A DNA stretch of 52,140 bases from the NCBI GenBank assembly GCA_027064845.1, contig JAMOPC010000159.1, positions 1-52,140 of the forward strand, written 5' to 3'. A model generated the notes under the pieces. It saw nothing but the letters and a program-made list of their open reading frames with translations, was not told the DNA's origin and made no database searches. Below are positions 29,061-40,511 of this stretch, in pieces. Origin of the DNA: Desulfurococcales archaeon. Lineage in GTDB: Archaea; Thermoproteota; Thermoprotei_A; Sulfolobales; Desulfurococcaceae. Position numbers and translations under genes: made by a program. How positions within the stretch are numbered: the first letter of the stretch is position 1; the number at the start of each line of letters is the position of its first letter.

Positions 29061-29180
29061 GATTCAACTCCTCCACCAGTTCCCCGGTGGGGTTTCTAGC
29101 TTGATACAATAATTGATAAGGGGTATATATATGATATTGTTTAAAGTATTCCATATTAATAGTATGAAGGGGTGAAGAGT

Positions 29181-30992
29181 ATGAGTAGTGATAACAAGAA
29201 AACGTGGATGAGACAACCAATTGTTGTCGTCTTAGGACACGTTGATCATGGTAAGACAACATTATTAGATAAGATAAGAGGTACAGCAGTAGCTAAGAAA
29301 GAGCCAGGAGAGATCACGCAACATGTCGGAGCTAGTGTTGTCCCTGCATCGGTTTTGAAGAAAGTAGCTGAGCCTTTGAAGAAGTATTTCCCAAAACTTA
29401 GAATAGAGATTCCAGGCTTATTATTCATAGACACGCCTGGTCACGAATTATTTACTAATCTCCGGAGAAGAGGTGGTAGCGTAGCTGATATTGCTATACT
29501 AGTTGTTGATGTATTAGAAGGTTTTCAGCCTCAGACATGGGAGAGTATAGAAATATTGAAGGAGAGGAGAGTACCGTTTATTGTAGCAGCTAATAAAATT
29601 GATAGAATCCCGGGATGGAAACCTAATCCTGACACGCCTTTCTTAGAAACTATAAGAAAACAAGACCCAAGAGTAGTTAATAGACTTGAAGAATTAATTT
29701 ATAGACTAGTTTCTCAACTATATGAAGCTGGCTTTATGTCCGAAAGATTTGATCGAGTGAAAGATTTCAGAACAACTGTTGCAATAGTCCCCGTTTCTGC
29801 TAAAACAGGTGAAGGTGTTCCAGAACTACTAGCTCTTCTCACAGGGCTGGTTCAGCATTTCATGAAGAAAAAACTCATAACAAGTGATGAACCAGCAAAA
29901 GGAGTTATATTGGAGGTTAAAGAAGAGCCGGGACTGGGTACAACTATTGATGTAATAATATATGATGGTGTGTTAAGGAAAGGAGACTTAATTGTTGTAG
30001 GTGGTAAGACCAAGCCAATAGTAACTAGAGTAAGAGCACTGCTAATGCCGAGGCCCCTCCAGGATATGAGAGCACATGAAGGCAAGTTTATACAAGTTGA
30101 TGAAGTAATAGCAGCTACTGGTGTAAAGATCTCAGCGCCCGGTCTTGAAGATGCATTAGCTGGTTCACCGATATTTGTTGTTCCTAGAGAAGAACTAGTA
30201 TCAGAGTATTCTAAGAAAGTGCAAGAAGAAATAGAGTCTATAAGAATAAAGACTGACAATATAGGAGTTGTTGTCAAAGCAGATACACTTGGTACGTTAG
30301 AAGCTGTTGTTGAAGCGTTGAAACGTGAAAACATTCCTGTAAGGCTTGCAGATGTAGGTCCCGTTAGCAAGAACGATGTAATTGAAGCATCTGTATCGAA
30401 GAAGCATAGGCCAGAATATGGTGTTATAATAGCATTTAACGTCAAGGTATTGTCTGAAGCAGAAGAATATGCTGCGAGAGAAGGTGTAAGAATATTCCGG
30501 CATAACATAATCTATAGACTAATTGAAGAATATACTACATGGGTTAAAAAACTCAGAGAAGAAGAAAAACGTAGAGAGCTCGAGTCACTTATTAGACCAG
30601 GAAAAATAAGGATCATACCCGGCTATATCTTTAGAAGAAGCAATCCAGCCATAGTTGGCGTAGAAGTTCTTGGAGGAAGAATTAGGCCTGGCTACCCTCT
30701 CATGAGAAGTGATGGTATGAGGCTTGGCACAATAATGCAGATAAGAGACAGGGACAACGTCTTGAAAGAAGCAAGGGTTGGGCAATCAGTTGCTATTAGT
30801 ATCCGTGGAAGAATACTTGTTGGTAGACATGTTGATGAAGGAGATATTCTCTATACAGATATTCCGAAAGACCATGCTAGATTATGGTTAACCAAGTACA
30901 AAAACGAGCTTAGTGATGACGAGAAAATGGTGTTGAAGGAAATAATTAATATTAAGAAGAAACAAGATCCGTTCTATGGATTAGTTTTCTAG
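29181..30992 (+). CDS. infB: Translation initiation factor aIF5B
   Basis: [43 protein letters not shown]. Confidence 0.97.
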   Translation: MSSDNKKTWMRQPIVVVLGHVDHGKTTLLDKIRGTAVAKKEPGEITQHVGASVVPASVLKKVAEPLKKYFPKLRIEIPGLLFIDTPGHELFTNLRRRGGSVADIAILVVDVLEGFQPQTWESIEILKERRVPFIVAANKIDRIPGWKPNPDTPFLETIRKQDPRVVNRLEELIYRLVSQLYEAGFMSERFDRVKDFRTTVAIVPVSAKTGEGVPELLALLTGLVQHFMKKKLITSDEPAKGVILEVKEEPGLGTTIDVIIYDGVLRKGDLIVVGGKTKPIVTRVRALLMPRPLQDMRAHEGKFIQVDEVIAATGVKISAPGLEDALAGSPIFVVPREELVSEYSKKVQEEIESIRIKTDNIGVVVKADTLGTLEAVVEALKRENIPVRLADVGPVSKNDVIEASVSKKHRPEYGVIIAFNVKVLSEAEEYAAREGVRIFRHNIIYRLIEEYTTWVKKLREEEKRRELESLIRPGKIRIIPGYIFRRSNPAIVGVEVLGGRIRPGYPLMRSDGMRLGTIMQIRDRDNVLKEARVGQSVAISIRGRILVGRHVDEGDILYTDIPKDHARLWLTKYKNELSDDEKMVLKEIINIKKKQDPFYGLVF

Positions 30993-31018
30993 CAACAATT
31001 ACGAAATATATATAATTA

Positions 31019-31444
31019 TTACCATTCATAAATTTCATTATCCTTAAAGAGGATCGAGATCTCTTTTTTAGCACTTTCAGGGCTATCACTTGCATGTACA
31101 ACATTCTCAGACTTCGATAATGCGTAGTCTCCACGAATAGTACCTGGTGGCGCTTCTCTGCCATCGGTTGGGCCTATCATTAATCTAACAACATTGATAG
31201 CGTTATCACCTTCTAAAACCATAGCTATAACTGGGCCTGAAGTAATGAACTCGATTAAGCTCTCAAAGAACGGTTTTCCTCTATGAACACTGTAGAACTC
31301 TTCAGCTTCTTCTCTTGTGAACCAGTGCATTTTCAAAGCTTTTATCTTAAGTCCTTTCTTCTCGAATCTACTAATTATTTCGCCTATAAGCCTTCTCTTG
31401 ACACCATCGGGTTTTATCATTACAAGTGTTTGTTCAATAACCAT
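31019..31444 (-). CDS. ndk: Nucleoside diphosphate kinase
   Basis: IKPDGV, PGTIRGD, NVVHASD. Confidence 0.97.
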   Translation of the reverse strand: MVIEQTLVMIKPDGVKRRLIGEIISRFEKKGLKIKALKMHWFTREEAEEFYSVHRGKPFFESLIEFITSGPVIAMVLEGDNAINVVRLMIGPTDGREAPPGTIRGDYALSKSENVVHASDSPESAKKEISILFKDNEIYEW

Positions 31445-31503
31445 TCGCTATCACCTGTGTAAGGCCTTGTTTTTGTTATTTAAACTATTTTGGATAAAAT
31501 GGA

Positions 31504-31692
31504 TTATCTCATCTGTTGTCCATACTTTAGTGTCCACTTAAGTTTTCTAGGGTCTCTTTTGAGTATTAAATAGTTTTTATAACACTTTCTGCTACAGAAC
31601 CAGAGTATGCTCCCATCGTTCTTGACATACATTAATCCTGTTCCAGGCTCTATTTCTCTTCCGCAAAAACTACACTTGACCAATCTAGGCAT
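31504..31692 (-). CDS. rpl24e: 50S ribosomal protein L24e
   Basis: CSFCG..IEPGTG.MYV..DG...FCSRKC. Confidence 0.96.
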   Translation of the reverse strand: MPRLVKCSFCGREIEPGTGLMYVKNDGSILWFCSRKCYKNYLILKRDPRKLKWTLKYGQQMR

Positions 31693-31852
31693 TTTTCTCT
31701 CCCTGCACCATGTTTTGCCTCTGAGGTTTTCAACGGAGAAATACAATATTATAGACTTTTAAGTTTTATCGTAAACCTTATAAAAACGTATTTCACTATT
31801 CCACATGTGAAGTTTTCAACAAGTTGTTGGATAGGGAAAAGGTGTTAACGTC

Positions 31853-32128
31853 ATGAGCAATAATGAAGTAGAAAAATCTGATAAGATTATTGCTGAACAA
31901 CCACCTGTAAATATTATTGAGGAAATTGGTTTCCCAGCAGAAGTTATACAAATAATAGGTCGAACAGGTGTAACGGGAGAAATTATACAGGTTCGTGTAA
32001 GAGTTTTAGAAGGAAGAGACAAAGGTAGAATCATTACAAGGAACGTAAAAGGACCCGTAAGACTAGGAGACATATTAATTCTCAGAGAAACAGAGAGAGA
32101 AGCACGCAAGCTCAGTGGTAGAAGATAA
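31853..32128 (+). CDS. rps28e: 30S ribosomal protein S28e
   Basis: [12 protein letters not shown]...[20 protein letters not shown]. Confidence 0.97.
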   Translation: MSNNEVEKSDKIIAEQPPVNIIEEIGFPAEVIQIIGRTGVTGEIIQVRVRVLEGRDKGRIITRNVKGPVRLGDILILRETEREARKLSGRR

Positions 32129-32258
32129 GCTTGTTTATTGTTTTTGAATATAATAATACTTTTACCATTCTGGACTTATTCTTTTATTACAACATATAGA
32201 AGATACGTGTAAAAAACAATCTTATAGTTTATGAATACTTGTTTTTATCTCAACTGCT

Positions 32259-32645
32259 TTATGCTCCTGCTTTAGCCTTTAATTCTTGTACTTTACGAAT
32301 TATTTCTTCGACTAGTTCTTTTGCTCCGCCCGGCTCTATTATAGCTGCACTAGCGGCTGCTACTTCGATCCCAGCTGCTTCGCCGAGCCTCTTCTTACTT
32401 GGTACATATACATAGGGTATTTTCTTTTCTTCACATAGAAGTGGTAAGTGTGCTACGATTTCTGGCGGATCAACGTCTTCTGCTATTATTACTAGTTTTG
32501 CAAGACCTCTCTCAACGGCTTTAGTTGTTTCATTAGTTCCTTTCTTTATTTTTCCACCAGTTTCTCTAGCTTTCTTTACTGCTTCGTATACTTTCTCGGC
32601 TAGTTCTGGCGGTACTTCGAATTTTACATAAAATGGTTTAGACAT
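32259..32645 (-). CDS. rpl7ae: 50S ribosomal protein L7Ae
   Basis: [12 protein letters not shown]...[13 protein letters not shown]...AEDVDPPE. Confidence 0.97.
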   Translation of the reverse strand: MSKPFYVKFEVPPELAEKVYEAVKKARETGGKIKKGTNETTKAVERGLAKLVIIAEDVDPPEIVAHLPLLCEEKKIPYVYVPSKKRLGEAAGIEVAAASAAIIEPGGAKELVEEIIRKVQELKAKAGA

Positions 32646-32722
32646 ACCTTCATCCTCCTCCCATGAACTTTGGTCGTCTGACCTATTGTGAATAGTAATT
32701 ATTGGTAATATAAAGATTTTGT

Positions 32723-34480
32723 TTAGTCGTGTGTATAGATGCATTTCACAATGTTTTCTTCTATAGAATCTATTCTTGCAAAACCTATTCTATAGAATTG
32801 TACTATGTTATCGATTTTTTCTTCAGCAATGTTTTTCTCAACATACAGTATTTTCCTCTTAAGCTCGAGATCTTCAGGTATTATTAGTTCAGCTATTATG
32901 TGTTCATTCATCTTTACCCATTGAATTATTGGTGCATTATTCTTTCTGGCGTCCTCGGGGCTTGTACTAATTAATCTTGCTTCAAATCCTATGATTGTGT
33001 TTGATACAAAGATACTTGATAATGCGAAGTTCCCTAGTCCAAGTAGTCTGAACATTTTATTCTCTATTATTTTGAAGTCTTTTCCAGAAATCATTACTAT
33101 GTCGTTTGGTTTAATTAAATATTTATATGTCTCCTTGGTATCTGGGTGTCTCATAATATGTGCTTCTAGACTGTTTTTAAAACCACTTAATTTTAGATAT
33201 ACTGGGTTATCTACAGCCATGTATCTTCTAGCATACTTGTCTATTAATGATCTGTTGATCGCTGCTAGATTAACAAAGCTTATATGTGCGTCAATAGGTT
33301 TTATTCCAACATCTCTAATTATTTTATGGAGTGCTTCTCTTACTATACCTCTCCTTCTTAATCCAGATATTGTACCGAATCTTGGATCATCGTAGGGCTT
33401 CATATTGTATTCTAGGATCATTTTTCTCATTTTCGACTTGCTAAGAATAACTCCTTCCAAGCTCAGTCTTCCAAAATGTATTGTTTCGGGATACTTCCAT
33501 CCCATGTGATCGTATAGGTATTTTTGCTTGATTGTATTAGATACGTGTTCTTTGGCTCTAAGAATATGTGTGATTCCCATTAAGTGATCGTCTACAGCTG
33601 CAGCCAAGTTATATGTTGGCCACAAAATATACTTATCACCAACTATTGGATGTGGTGTTTTAGATGTATCTATTATTCTTGCAGCTACCCAATCTCGAAC
33701 ACTTGGGTCTGGATGGTTTAAGTCTGTTTTAATCCTGATAACGGCTTCTCCTTCTCCATAGTATCCTTCCAGGATCTTATCGTATTCTTCGAGTTGTTTA
33801 TCAATAGGTTGTTCTCTGTGAGGACAGGGTTTTCCAGAATCTCTGTATTTCTTGAACTCGATTGATGGGCATTTATCTATGTATGCTCCGCCTTTTTCAA
33901 TGAGTTTTTTGAGGATCTCGTAGAATATTGGAAGTCTTAGGCTTTGAATGTATTCCTCACTCCATTTAATGCCCAGCCATGATAGATCTTCTTTTATTTT
34001 CTCGTATGCTTCTGGGAAAGATGCTTTAGTACGTGGATCGGTGTCTTCAAATCTAAGTATCATTTTTCCATTATACATTTCTGCGTACCAGTAACTGAGT
34101 AGCGCTGGCCTAGCATTTCCTAGATGTATAGTATAGTCAGGATTAGGGGCGAACCTAGTAATTACTTTTCCGGGTATAGCGTTTGGGAGCGGTGGCAGGG
34201 TTTTTTCTTTTTCTTCACGCTTCTCTTCTAGGAGCTCAGGGTATTCTTTCTCAAGTATTTTTCTTTGTTGTTCTAGAGATAACTTATTTACTTCTTCAAT
34301 TACTTGTTTTACTAAATCAATTATTTCTCTAACATTCTTCCTTATTTCTGGTATTTCGCCTATGATCTTGGCTATTACTGGTTTTAGCTCTGCTTTTCCC
34401 CCGTGTTTATAAGCGTTTAATAGTGCGTGTTTATATGCTGTTTTCTTAACTTTTTCTAATAATGATTTCTCTAGCGTCAT
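32723..34480 (-). CDS. gltX: Glutamyl-tRNA synthetase
   Basis: [33 protein letters not shown]. Confidence 0.96.
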   Translation of the reverse strand: MTLEKSLLEKVKKTAYKHALLNAYKHGGKAELKPVIAKIIGEIPEIRKNVREIIDLVKQVIEEVNKLSLEQQRKILEKEYPELLEEKREEKEKTLPPLPNAIPGKVITRFAPNPDYTIHLGNARPALLSYWYAEMYNGKMILRFEDTDPRTKASFPEAYEKIKEDLSWLGIKWSEEYIQSLRLPIFYEILKKLIEKGGAYIDKCPSIEFKKYRDSGKPCPHREQPIDKQLEEYDKILEGYYGEGEAVIRIKTDLNHPDPSVRDWVAARIIDTSKTPHPIVGDKYILWPTYNLAAAVDDHLMGITHILRAKEHVSNTIKQKYLYDHMGWKYPETIHFGRLSLEGVILSKSKMRKMILEYNMKPYDDPRFGTISGLRRRGIVREALHKIIRDVGIKPIDAHISFVNLAAINRSLIDKYARRYMAVDNPVYLKLSGFKNSLEAHIMRHPDTKETYKYLIKPNDIVMISGKDFKIIENKMFRLLGLGNFALSSIFVSNTIIGFEARLISTSPEDARKNNAPIIQWVKMNEHIIAELIIPEDLELKRKILYVEKNIAEEKIDNIVQFYRIGFARIDSIEENIVKCIYTHD

Positions 34481-34964
34481 CTTTGCTCACAACCGCTAAG
34501 ATATATTTTTCTGGTTGTTCCCAGGGGAGATTTATTACGAGTAAAACAATTCCTTTGCAAGGGGATTTTGTAACACGTACTTCTCCTTTACCAGTAATTG
34601 TGTATGCAATTTTATCTTTTTCATCTACGTTATCGCCTTCTTTTATGAAAACATATGGTTGTATTCCTTTAACCTCAATGAGGCAGAGAGGTGTGTCTTT
34701 TTTAACAAATATTCCTTTTAACTCTTTTTTATCTAGAGTAAATTCTGGAACAACTATTGTATCTATTTGTATTCTTGCTTCAACTAGGTCTACGTAGTTA
34801 AGGATTTCCTCATAAACAATGTTTGTATATATCTTGTTTCTGTCTACGACTTTTCCAAGTCTTTCTTTTTCAATAAGATAAAACTCGTTATTTGTTTGTA
34901 CAATACAGTATTTTCCATCATGTAAACCTTTGACAAATATTTCTGGATAATTGTATTTTTCCAT
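34446..34964 (-). CDS. DUF2118-like protein (barrel-sandwich hybrid fold)
   Basis: 'EGDNV...IAYTITGKGEVR..KSPCKGIV'. Confidence 0.7.
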   Translation of the reverse strand: MEKYNYPEIFVKGLHDGKYCIVQTNNEFYLIEKERLGKVVDRNKIYTNIVYEEILNYVDLVEARIQIDTIVVPEFTLDKKELKGIFVKKDTPLCLIEVKGIQPYVFIKEGDNVDEKDKIAYTITGKGEVRVTKSPCKGIVLLVINLPWEQPEKYILAVVSKDDAREIIIRKS

Positions 34965-36101
34965 CTAGGATCCTCTCAAATACTTGATGTATTGCTCTGG
35001 ATTTATCCCCCTAGTTTTCAGATAGGTAATGTATGGTTCTAATAGTATTATAGGTATTTTGTGTAAATCGTTTATTTTCCTAGCCCCTGTCAAGAACATT
35101 ATTATTTTCATTGATTCTATGATTGTTTCTAAGTATTTTTTAGCTGAAACATAATTTTCTAGAAGCAGCTTCTTTATAATAGGCTTAGCTAATCCTACCA
35201 TATCTGCTCCTATAGCTATTGATTTCACAGCTTTTAATCCGTCCCATACCCCGCCACTTGCTATTATGATTGAATCGGGAGCAGCGGCTCTTGTTTCAAT
35301 AACTGCTATGGGAGTTGGTATGCCCCATCTAGCAAGCAGTTCTGCTATTGCTTGCTTAATAGGAGTTGTCCGTTTCCTGTACTTCTCTACGAGTATCCAG
35401 TTTGTTCCACAAGCCCCTGCCACGTCAAAGATCCTTACTCCAACAGATCTCAGTTTACTTACTGTTTCCATAGATAAACCGTTTCCAACTTCCTTAATGA
35501 TCAATGGTATATCCAGAAGATCAAGTATTTCAGCGATTTTCTCGCTTATCTTTTCGCTAAATCTCAAGTCTCCCTCTGGTTGTATCGCTTCTTGTGCTGG
35601 ATTGAAATGTATTGCTAAAGCATCTGCATTAATTGTTTTGACTAACCACTCGATGTCCTCAGGTACTAGGTCGTGGAGAGTATTAGCACCTATATTCCCA
35701 ATTAATGGGACATTTTCAGCTATTTCTCTCACTACCTTGTATGTTTTAATTACTTCATCGTTATTTCTATAAATAATCATTGGTCGCTGGCTACCAACAC
35801 CAATAGCAAGTCCTAATTCTGATGCTAGTTCTGCTAGTTTCTCATTTATATCATACGTGTCTGGATGTCCTCCGGTCATAGCCTCTATAATGATTGGAGC
35901 TGATAGCTTGTATCCCAGGAAATATGTTGATAGATCTATTTCTTCATAGTTTATTCTAGGGTATGCTTGGTGGATTAGAATTATTGCATCATATAAGTTA
36001 GTGCAGTGTTCTGGAAAATCGACGTCATGGTTAAGAACTACTTCTATATGCTCTATTTTTCTATGTCCTATTCTTTCATCTTCCAAGTGTTTTCTCCTCA
36101 T
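34965..36101 (-). CDS. fni: Type 2 isopentenyl-diphosphate isomerase
   Basis: RKIEH, AMTGG, GVGSQR, QEAIQPEGD, KEVGNG, ASGG. Confidence 0.95.
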   Translation of the reverse strand: MRRKHLEDERIGHRKIEHIEVVLNHDVDFPEHCTNLYDAIILIHQAYPRINYEEIDLSTYFLGYKLSAPIIIEAMTGGHPDTYDINEKLAELASELGLAIGVGSQRPMIIYRNNDEVIKTYKVVREIAENVPLIGNIGANTLHDLVPEDIEWLVKTINADALAIHFNPAQEAIQPEGDLRFSEKISEKIAEILDLLDIPLIIKEVGNGLSMETVSKLRSVGVRIFDVAGACGTNWILVEKYRKRTTPIKQAIAELLARWGIPTPIAVIETRAAAPDSIIIASGGVWDGLKAVKSIAIGADMVGLAKPIIKKLLLENYVSAKKYLETIIESMKIIMFLTGARKINDLHKIPIILLEPYITYLKTRGINPEQYIKYLRGS

Positions 36102-36204
36102 AAAAATACTTTGCTCATAAATAGCAATGAGCTATTCACGTAAAACAATTGTTATTATACTAAAATTAACATGTTCCTAGAAAAACGTGATAAGTTATCG
36201 TATT

Positions 36205-37092
36205 TTATTGTACAAAAAATCTTATTGAGGCATATCCTACTACAGCTGTTTTATCTCCTGAAACATCTCCGCTTGTAGCATACTTTAGTAATTCTGCTTT
36301 TTCCCTTCCTTTTCCTACGAGTTTCGAGTACTCCATTAGTGTCATAATTCCTCCTGGGCCACAAACTGTGATGTGCTCATCAAGGAGTACTCTATAGAAA
36401 CCATTGGTATCAAAAGACAGTATTTTCTCGAGTGCTTTCTTGTCTTTTTCAACGGTAATTTCGTGTGGGTCATAGTGGTTGAAATCACTACTAACTATTA
36501 TTATTACATCTCTTTTCGTGCTTGTAATCGATTCCAGTATTGCTTTAGCCAGGTCTTCTGCTACTTCAGGTGTATGTAATCCAATACTAATTGGTACTAT
36601 CCGGACACTATCACCATAGAGGTACTGAATAAATGGTAGTTGTACTTCTATTGAATGCTCTTCTATGTGTGCATAGATGTCTAGTTCTCCTATGCTACTA
36701 TTGCTGGCTATGTCTCTAGCAAGTTCTGAGTCTACTTCGAGCTTGCCTAGAGGAGTTATCCACGTCCCAGCAGGGTATATTGATACTAATGCTCCTCTAC
36801 CTGTATGGTTTGTTCCAAGCAATATGATTGTTTCTGGTCTCCCATCTAGTGCTAAGTTATAATATGTATGTGCAGCTACGGGTCCGCTATAAATGTATCC
36901 TGCATGAGGAGCAACATAACCGAGTGTCTCTTTTCTCCTTTTCTCAGAAACAACTGGTAATTTTCCGGGACCAAGACTGTGTTTGAAAGACCACTCAATG
37001 GTCTTAATAAGTTCTCTAGGATCTGATGGATAAAAATACCCCGCTACAACGGGGTATCTTGTATGGGAAGTGGTTTCCAAATAATTCTTCAC
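36205..37092 (-). CDS. amrB: MEMO1 family / AmmeMemoRadiSam protein B
   Basis: [38 protein letters not shown]. Confidence 0.92.
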   Translation of the reverse strand: MKNYLETTSHTRYPVVAGYFYPSDPRELIKTIEWSFKHSLGPGKLPVVSEKRRKETLGYVAPHAGYIYSGPVAAHTYYNLALDGRPETIILLGTNHTGRGALVSIYPAGTWITPLGKLEVDSELARDIASNSSIGELDIYAHIEEHSIEVQLPFIQYLYGDSVRIVPISIGLHTPEVAEDLAKAILESITSTKRDVIIIVSSDFNHYDPHEITVEKDKKALEKILSFDTNGFYRVLLDEHITVCGPGGIMTLMEYSKLVGKGREKAELLKYATSGDVSGDKTAVVGYASIRFFVQ

Positions 37093-37757
37093 CTCTGAAG
37101 ACGTACTTCAAACTCTGTAGGCGGTTCAGGCAGATCTCCGTCAGGTGGAATTATTCCTTTTTCTCTAAGTATTTGTCTAGCTAATAACCAATATATTAGT
37201 GCTAGGCTTTTTCTACCCTTATTGTTGGCTGGTATAATTAAGTCTATGTATTCTGTTCTATTATCAGTATCAGCCAGTGAAACTATAGGAATGCCGATCT
37301 CGGCAGCTTCTTTTAGTGCTTGAGAATCAGCTCTGGGATCAGTTAGTAGTACTACGTCTGGTTCAAAATACCATTTAAGGCTTGGGTTTGTAAATGTTCC
37401 GGGCATAAATCTTCCTATGAATGGTTTGCAGTTCACATAGCTACAGAACTTTAATACTGGTTTTTGACCATATTGCCTAGCAGATACTACTGCTATTTTC
37501 TCAGGCTCGTATCTTGCTAAGAATTTTGCAGCAATTCTTATTCTTTCATCAATTTTCCTTATATCTAAGATGTAGAGTCCATCATTACGTACTCTATAAA
37601 CGAATGGTTCCATGAATTTTGTGCATATATGTGTTCCTATATGTACTCCAGCAGCTAGGTACTTGTCAAGTGTTATTAGTAATTCCACTACTGGTTTTGT
37701 CCTAGTTTGTTCCTCTTGGGGGCTTTGCCTTGTTTTTTCTTCTGACAAGTAAAACAC
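37089..37757 (-). CDS. rps2: 30S ribosomal protein S2
   Basis: [28 protein letters not shown]. Confidence 0.97.
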   Translation of the reverse strand: MFYLSEEKTRQSPQEEQTRTKPVVELLITLDKYLAAGVHIGTHICTKFMEPFVYRVRNDGLYILDIRKIDERIRIAAKFLARYEPEKIAVVSARQYGQKPVLKFCSYVNCKPFIGRFMPGTFTNPSLKWYFEPDVVLLTDPRADSQALKEAAEIGIPIVSLADTDNRTEYIDLIIPANNKGRKSLALIYWLLARQILREKGIIPPDGDLPEPPTEFEVRLQR

Positions 37758-37772
37758 CTCCTAGTTGGTGTT

Positions 37773-37973
37773 TTAGGAGACTTTAGGGAAGTTTAATATC
37801 TCATATGAAATCTCAACATGGGAGAGAAACATCCTTCTACAACAATATCTTTTAACTCCTAATTCATCCAGTACTTTTCCTGGATCTTCTCCTGCTTCTA
37901 CTCTTTTCTTAAATTCTTCCCATAAATGCCCTATGGGTGCACCACATGTAAAACATCTTACGGGGAACATCAA
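37773..37973 (-). CDS. rpoN: RNA polymerase subunit N (Rpo10)
   Basis: PVRCFTCG...RYCCRRM. Confidence 0.97.
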   Translation of the reverse strand: MMFPVRCFTCGAPIGHLWEEFKKRVEAGEDPGKVLDELGVKRYCCRRMFLSHVEISYEILNFPKVS

Positions 37974-37992
37974 TTCTTGATAACCTCCGGGT

Positions 37993-38406
37993 TCACCTAT
38001 AGCTTTTCTGCCATCTCCTTCTTGCGCTGTATCTGCCCCATTTCTCTGGTTCTGTTCTTCTCGGGTCTCCGCTTAGCATGTATCTATCGTATTCTGTTAG
38101 TATCTTCTTTAGTTCGGGGTTATTGTTTGCGTATTCTAGTAAGCCTCTAGCAATAGCCATTCTTACAGCATCTGCCTGGCTCATGTATCCTCCTCCCCTC
38201 ACGTTTACGTATATGTCTACTTGTTTCCAGAGATCACCAACTATTACTAGTGGTTCATACATTTTGAGCCTGGCAAGCTCGATGGGCCATATTTCTAGAG
38301 GTACGCCATTTATCCATACTCTTCCCTGACCGGGCTTTATGATTGCTCTTGCAATACTTGTTTTCCTCTTACCTGTAGCGATTACTATTTTCCCCTGCGT
38401 GCTCAT
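37993..38406 (-). CDS. rps9: 30S ribosomal protein S9
   Basis: [27 protein letters not shown]. Confidence 0.97.
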   Translation of the reverse strand: MSTQGKIVIATGKRKTSIARAIIKPGQGRVWINGVPLEIWPIELARLKMYEPLVIVGDLWKQVDIYVNVRGGGYMSQADAVRMAIARGLLEYANNNPELKKILTEYDRYMLSGDPRRTEPEKWGRYSARRRWQKSYR

Positions 38407-38864
38407 TGAACTACACCTTTCCAACCTAGTTCCTTAGCTATTTCACCTAGAGTTATATATTTTCCCTTTAACCTGCTTATATCAGCTTCCTCGAACCTAA
38501 TAAACTCCTTGTCTTGAAGCTCGGGTGGTAGGCCGTTGTAAACTCTTAGTCTTTTATAAGCAGTTCTTCCTCTGGGTTTCTCTATGGGAAGCATTCCTCT
38601 AACGGTTCTTTTCAATATGTTATGTGGTGATTTTGGTCTCCTAATACCTGTTTTGTATGGGTTATAGTGTGTCTTTACTTTTTCTAGTAGCTTGTATCCC
38701 TGTATAACTCTGAGTCTTTCTCCACTAACTACTGCTTTTTCAGCATTAACTACTATTACACGATAGCCTTCAAGGAGTTTCTTAGCAATTATACTTGCTA
38801 GTCTTCCTAGTATCTGGTTAGTTGCGTCCACGTAGAGAGTCTTGGCTTCACTCATGTTTTTCAC
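38403..38864 (-). CDS. rpl13: 50S ribosomal protein L13
   Basis: [22 protein letters not shown]. Confidence 0.97.
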   Translation of the reverse strand: MKNMSEAKTLYVDATNQILGRLASIIAKKLLEGYRVIVVNAEKAVVSGERLRVIQGYKLLEKVKTHYNPYKTGIRRPKSPHNILKRTVRGMLPIEKPRGRTAYKRLRVYNGLPPELQDKEFIRFEEADISRLKGKYITLGEIAKELGWKGVVQ

Positions 38865-39223
38865 CCTATTATCTTTACGTTGCTTCCCCTGGGGTTTTCT
38901 CTTGCTAATTCTAGGATGGATAATACTTTTCCTCCAGCTGCTTTTATTTTTTCTATAGCTGTTTTTGAAAATGCTGCTGCTGCAACAGTTACTGGGTGGT
39001 CTAGGGTTCCTGCTCCGAGTACCTTGCCTGGCACTACCACTATGTCTCCTTCCTTCGTGTATCTGTTGATCCTGCTTATATTTACTGCTCTGCGTTGTCT
39101 CCTGGGCTTTTCTAATTCCTCAGCTACTGCTCTCCAAATAGGTGCTTTGTATTGATTAGATAACTTGTAGAGTTCCCTAATCGTCTTTCTCAATACTATG
39201 TTTGTGGGGCCTGTTTTTCTCAT
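38861..39223 (-). CDS. rpl18e: 50S ribosomal protein L18e
   Basis: [19 protein letters not shown]. Confidence 0.97.
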   Translation of the reverse strand: MRKTGPTNIVLRKTIRELYKLSNQYKAPIWRAVAEELEKPRRQRRAVNISRINRYTKEGDIVVVPGKVLGAGTLDHPVTVAAAAFSKTAIEKIKAAGGKVLSILELARENPRGSNVKIIG

Positions 39224-40062
39224 TTAACAACACCTTCTCTCTTCAAACTTTCTATGAAATCATCTATTTTATTCTCAAGTATTTTTATAGCTTCCAATAA
39301 TATTTTCTTGGGAGGTAATGCTCCCGTGGATTCTATTGTTAAAATGTATTCATTTTCTTTCCAATTTATTCTTATAGCATTATAGGGACACACTTCTTCA
39401 CAAATCCTGCAAAGAGTACAATCGAGTACTTTATCTTGCTTTATCATGAGTTTTCCGTTTTTGAGCTCGAAAATATTCTTGGGGCATATTTCTATGCATT
39501 TCTTGCATTCTTCTCCTTTACATAGTTCTTCTCTTATATGTATTAATGGAACGTACTTGTGTGTTGCTACTGATACAGGGCTCCACTTGGCGTGTTCTTT
39601 TCCTCGACCAAGCCTAGCATATGCTTCTAGTCTTATTTCTTGATTATTTGCTAAGAGGACAATTGGTATTTTATCATATACAGGTCTTACGTCTGGATCT
39701 GAGGTTTTCAAGTCTCCACTATAAAGTGTTACTAGGCCTTCTCCTGTTCCTTTTCCTTCTAAGTCTAGCTTTACGAAACAGTCTTCAGTGAATAGTCCTC
39801 TATCTGCTGCTTCTCTGCATTCTTCTGGTGACTTGTATTTTTCTAATGCTTTTTCGCTTGTTAAGGGGATTAATCCCAGCCTATGGGCGATGTACTCATC
39901 GTAGAAAACACTACTGTTCATTGTGAATACTACTGAGTCTATAGCCATTGTAGGGACTTCAGCGATCATGACCCTGCGGACCGAGTTAAGTATGTGTAGT
40001 GGGATATTCTTTATATATAAGCGAAGCTTTAAAGAGGTTTTTTCCAAAACGTTTATCTCCAA
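39220..40062 (-). CDS. rpoD: RNA polymerase subunit D (Rpo3) with ferredoxin-like domain
   Basis: [24 protein letters not shown]; two Cys clusters. Confidence 0.97.
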   Translation of the reverse strand: MEINVLEKTSLKLRLYIKNIPLHILNSVRRVMIAEVPTMAIDSVVFTMNSSVFYDEYIAHRLGLIPLTSEKALEKYKSPEECREAADRGLFTEDCFVKLDLEGKGTGEGLVTLYSGDLKTSDPDVRPVYDKIPIVLLANNQEIRLEAYARLGRGKEHAKWSPVSVATHKYVPLIHIREELCKGEECKKCIEICPKNIFELKNGKLMIKQDKVLDCTLCRICEEVCPYNAIRINWKENEYILTIESTGALPPKKILLEAIKILENKIDDFIESLKREGVVK

Positions 40063-40098
40063 TATATGGATACCTCCATTTAAAATAATTACATAGTT

Positions 40099-40500
40099 TT
40101 AGACTCTTCTTCCTCTTCTACCGCCTGGTCTTCTCGTGGTGTCATGTGGTATTGGTGTTACGTCTTCGATTCTTCCAATTATGAAACCTGCTCTAGCTAA
40201 TGCTCTTATAGCAGCTTGTGCTCCTGGACCAGGTGTTTTTGGTCCATGACCTCCGGGGGCTCGTACTTTTATGTGTAGGGCCATTATTCCTTTATCCATT
40301 GCTTCACTTGCTGCTCTGCTTGCTGCAAGCATTGCTGCGTAGGGGCTTGGTTTTTCTCTGTCTGCTTTTACTACCATTCCACCGCTCCATCTACTAACTG
40401 TTTCCGCTCCAGTAAGGTCTGTTATATGGATTATTGTGTTGTTTAAGCTACTGTAAATATGAGCTACTCCCCATTTAAGTTCTCTACCCATGAATGCCAT
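40099..40500 (-). CDS. rps11: 30S ribosomal protein S11
   Basis: [31 protein letters not shown]. Confidence 0.98.
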   Translation of the reverse strand: MAFMGRELKWGVAHIYSSLNNTIIHITDLTGAETVSRWSGGMVVKADREKPSPYAAMLAASRAASEAMDKGIMALHIKVRAPGGHGPKTPGPGAQAAIRALARAGFIIGRIEDVTPIPHDTTRRPGGRRGRRV

Positions 40501-40511
40501 ATGTGTTCACC

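Noticed and set aside
29852..30508. 218-aa antisense ORF in infB, and the many other antisense ORFs in the track
   Set aside because: Shadow frames of highly conserved genes with Ser/Ile-rich composition and no recognisable motifs
32646..32744. N-terminal extension of the L7Ae ORF (similar extensions on L15e, RpoA', L24e, S3Ae)
   Set aside because: These are longest-ORF artefacts; conserved N-termini and SD sequences indicate downstream starts
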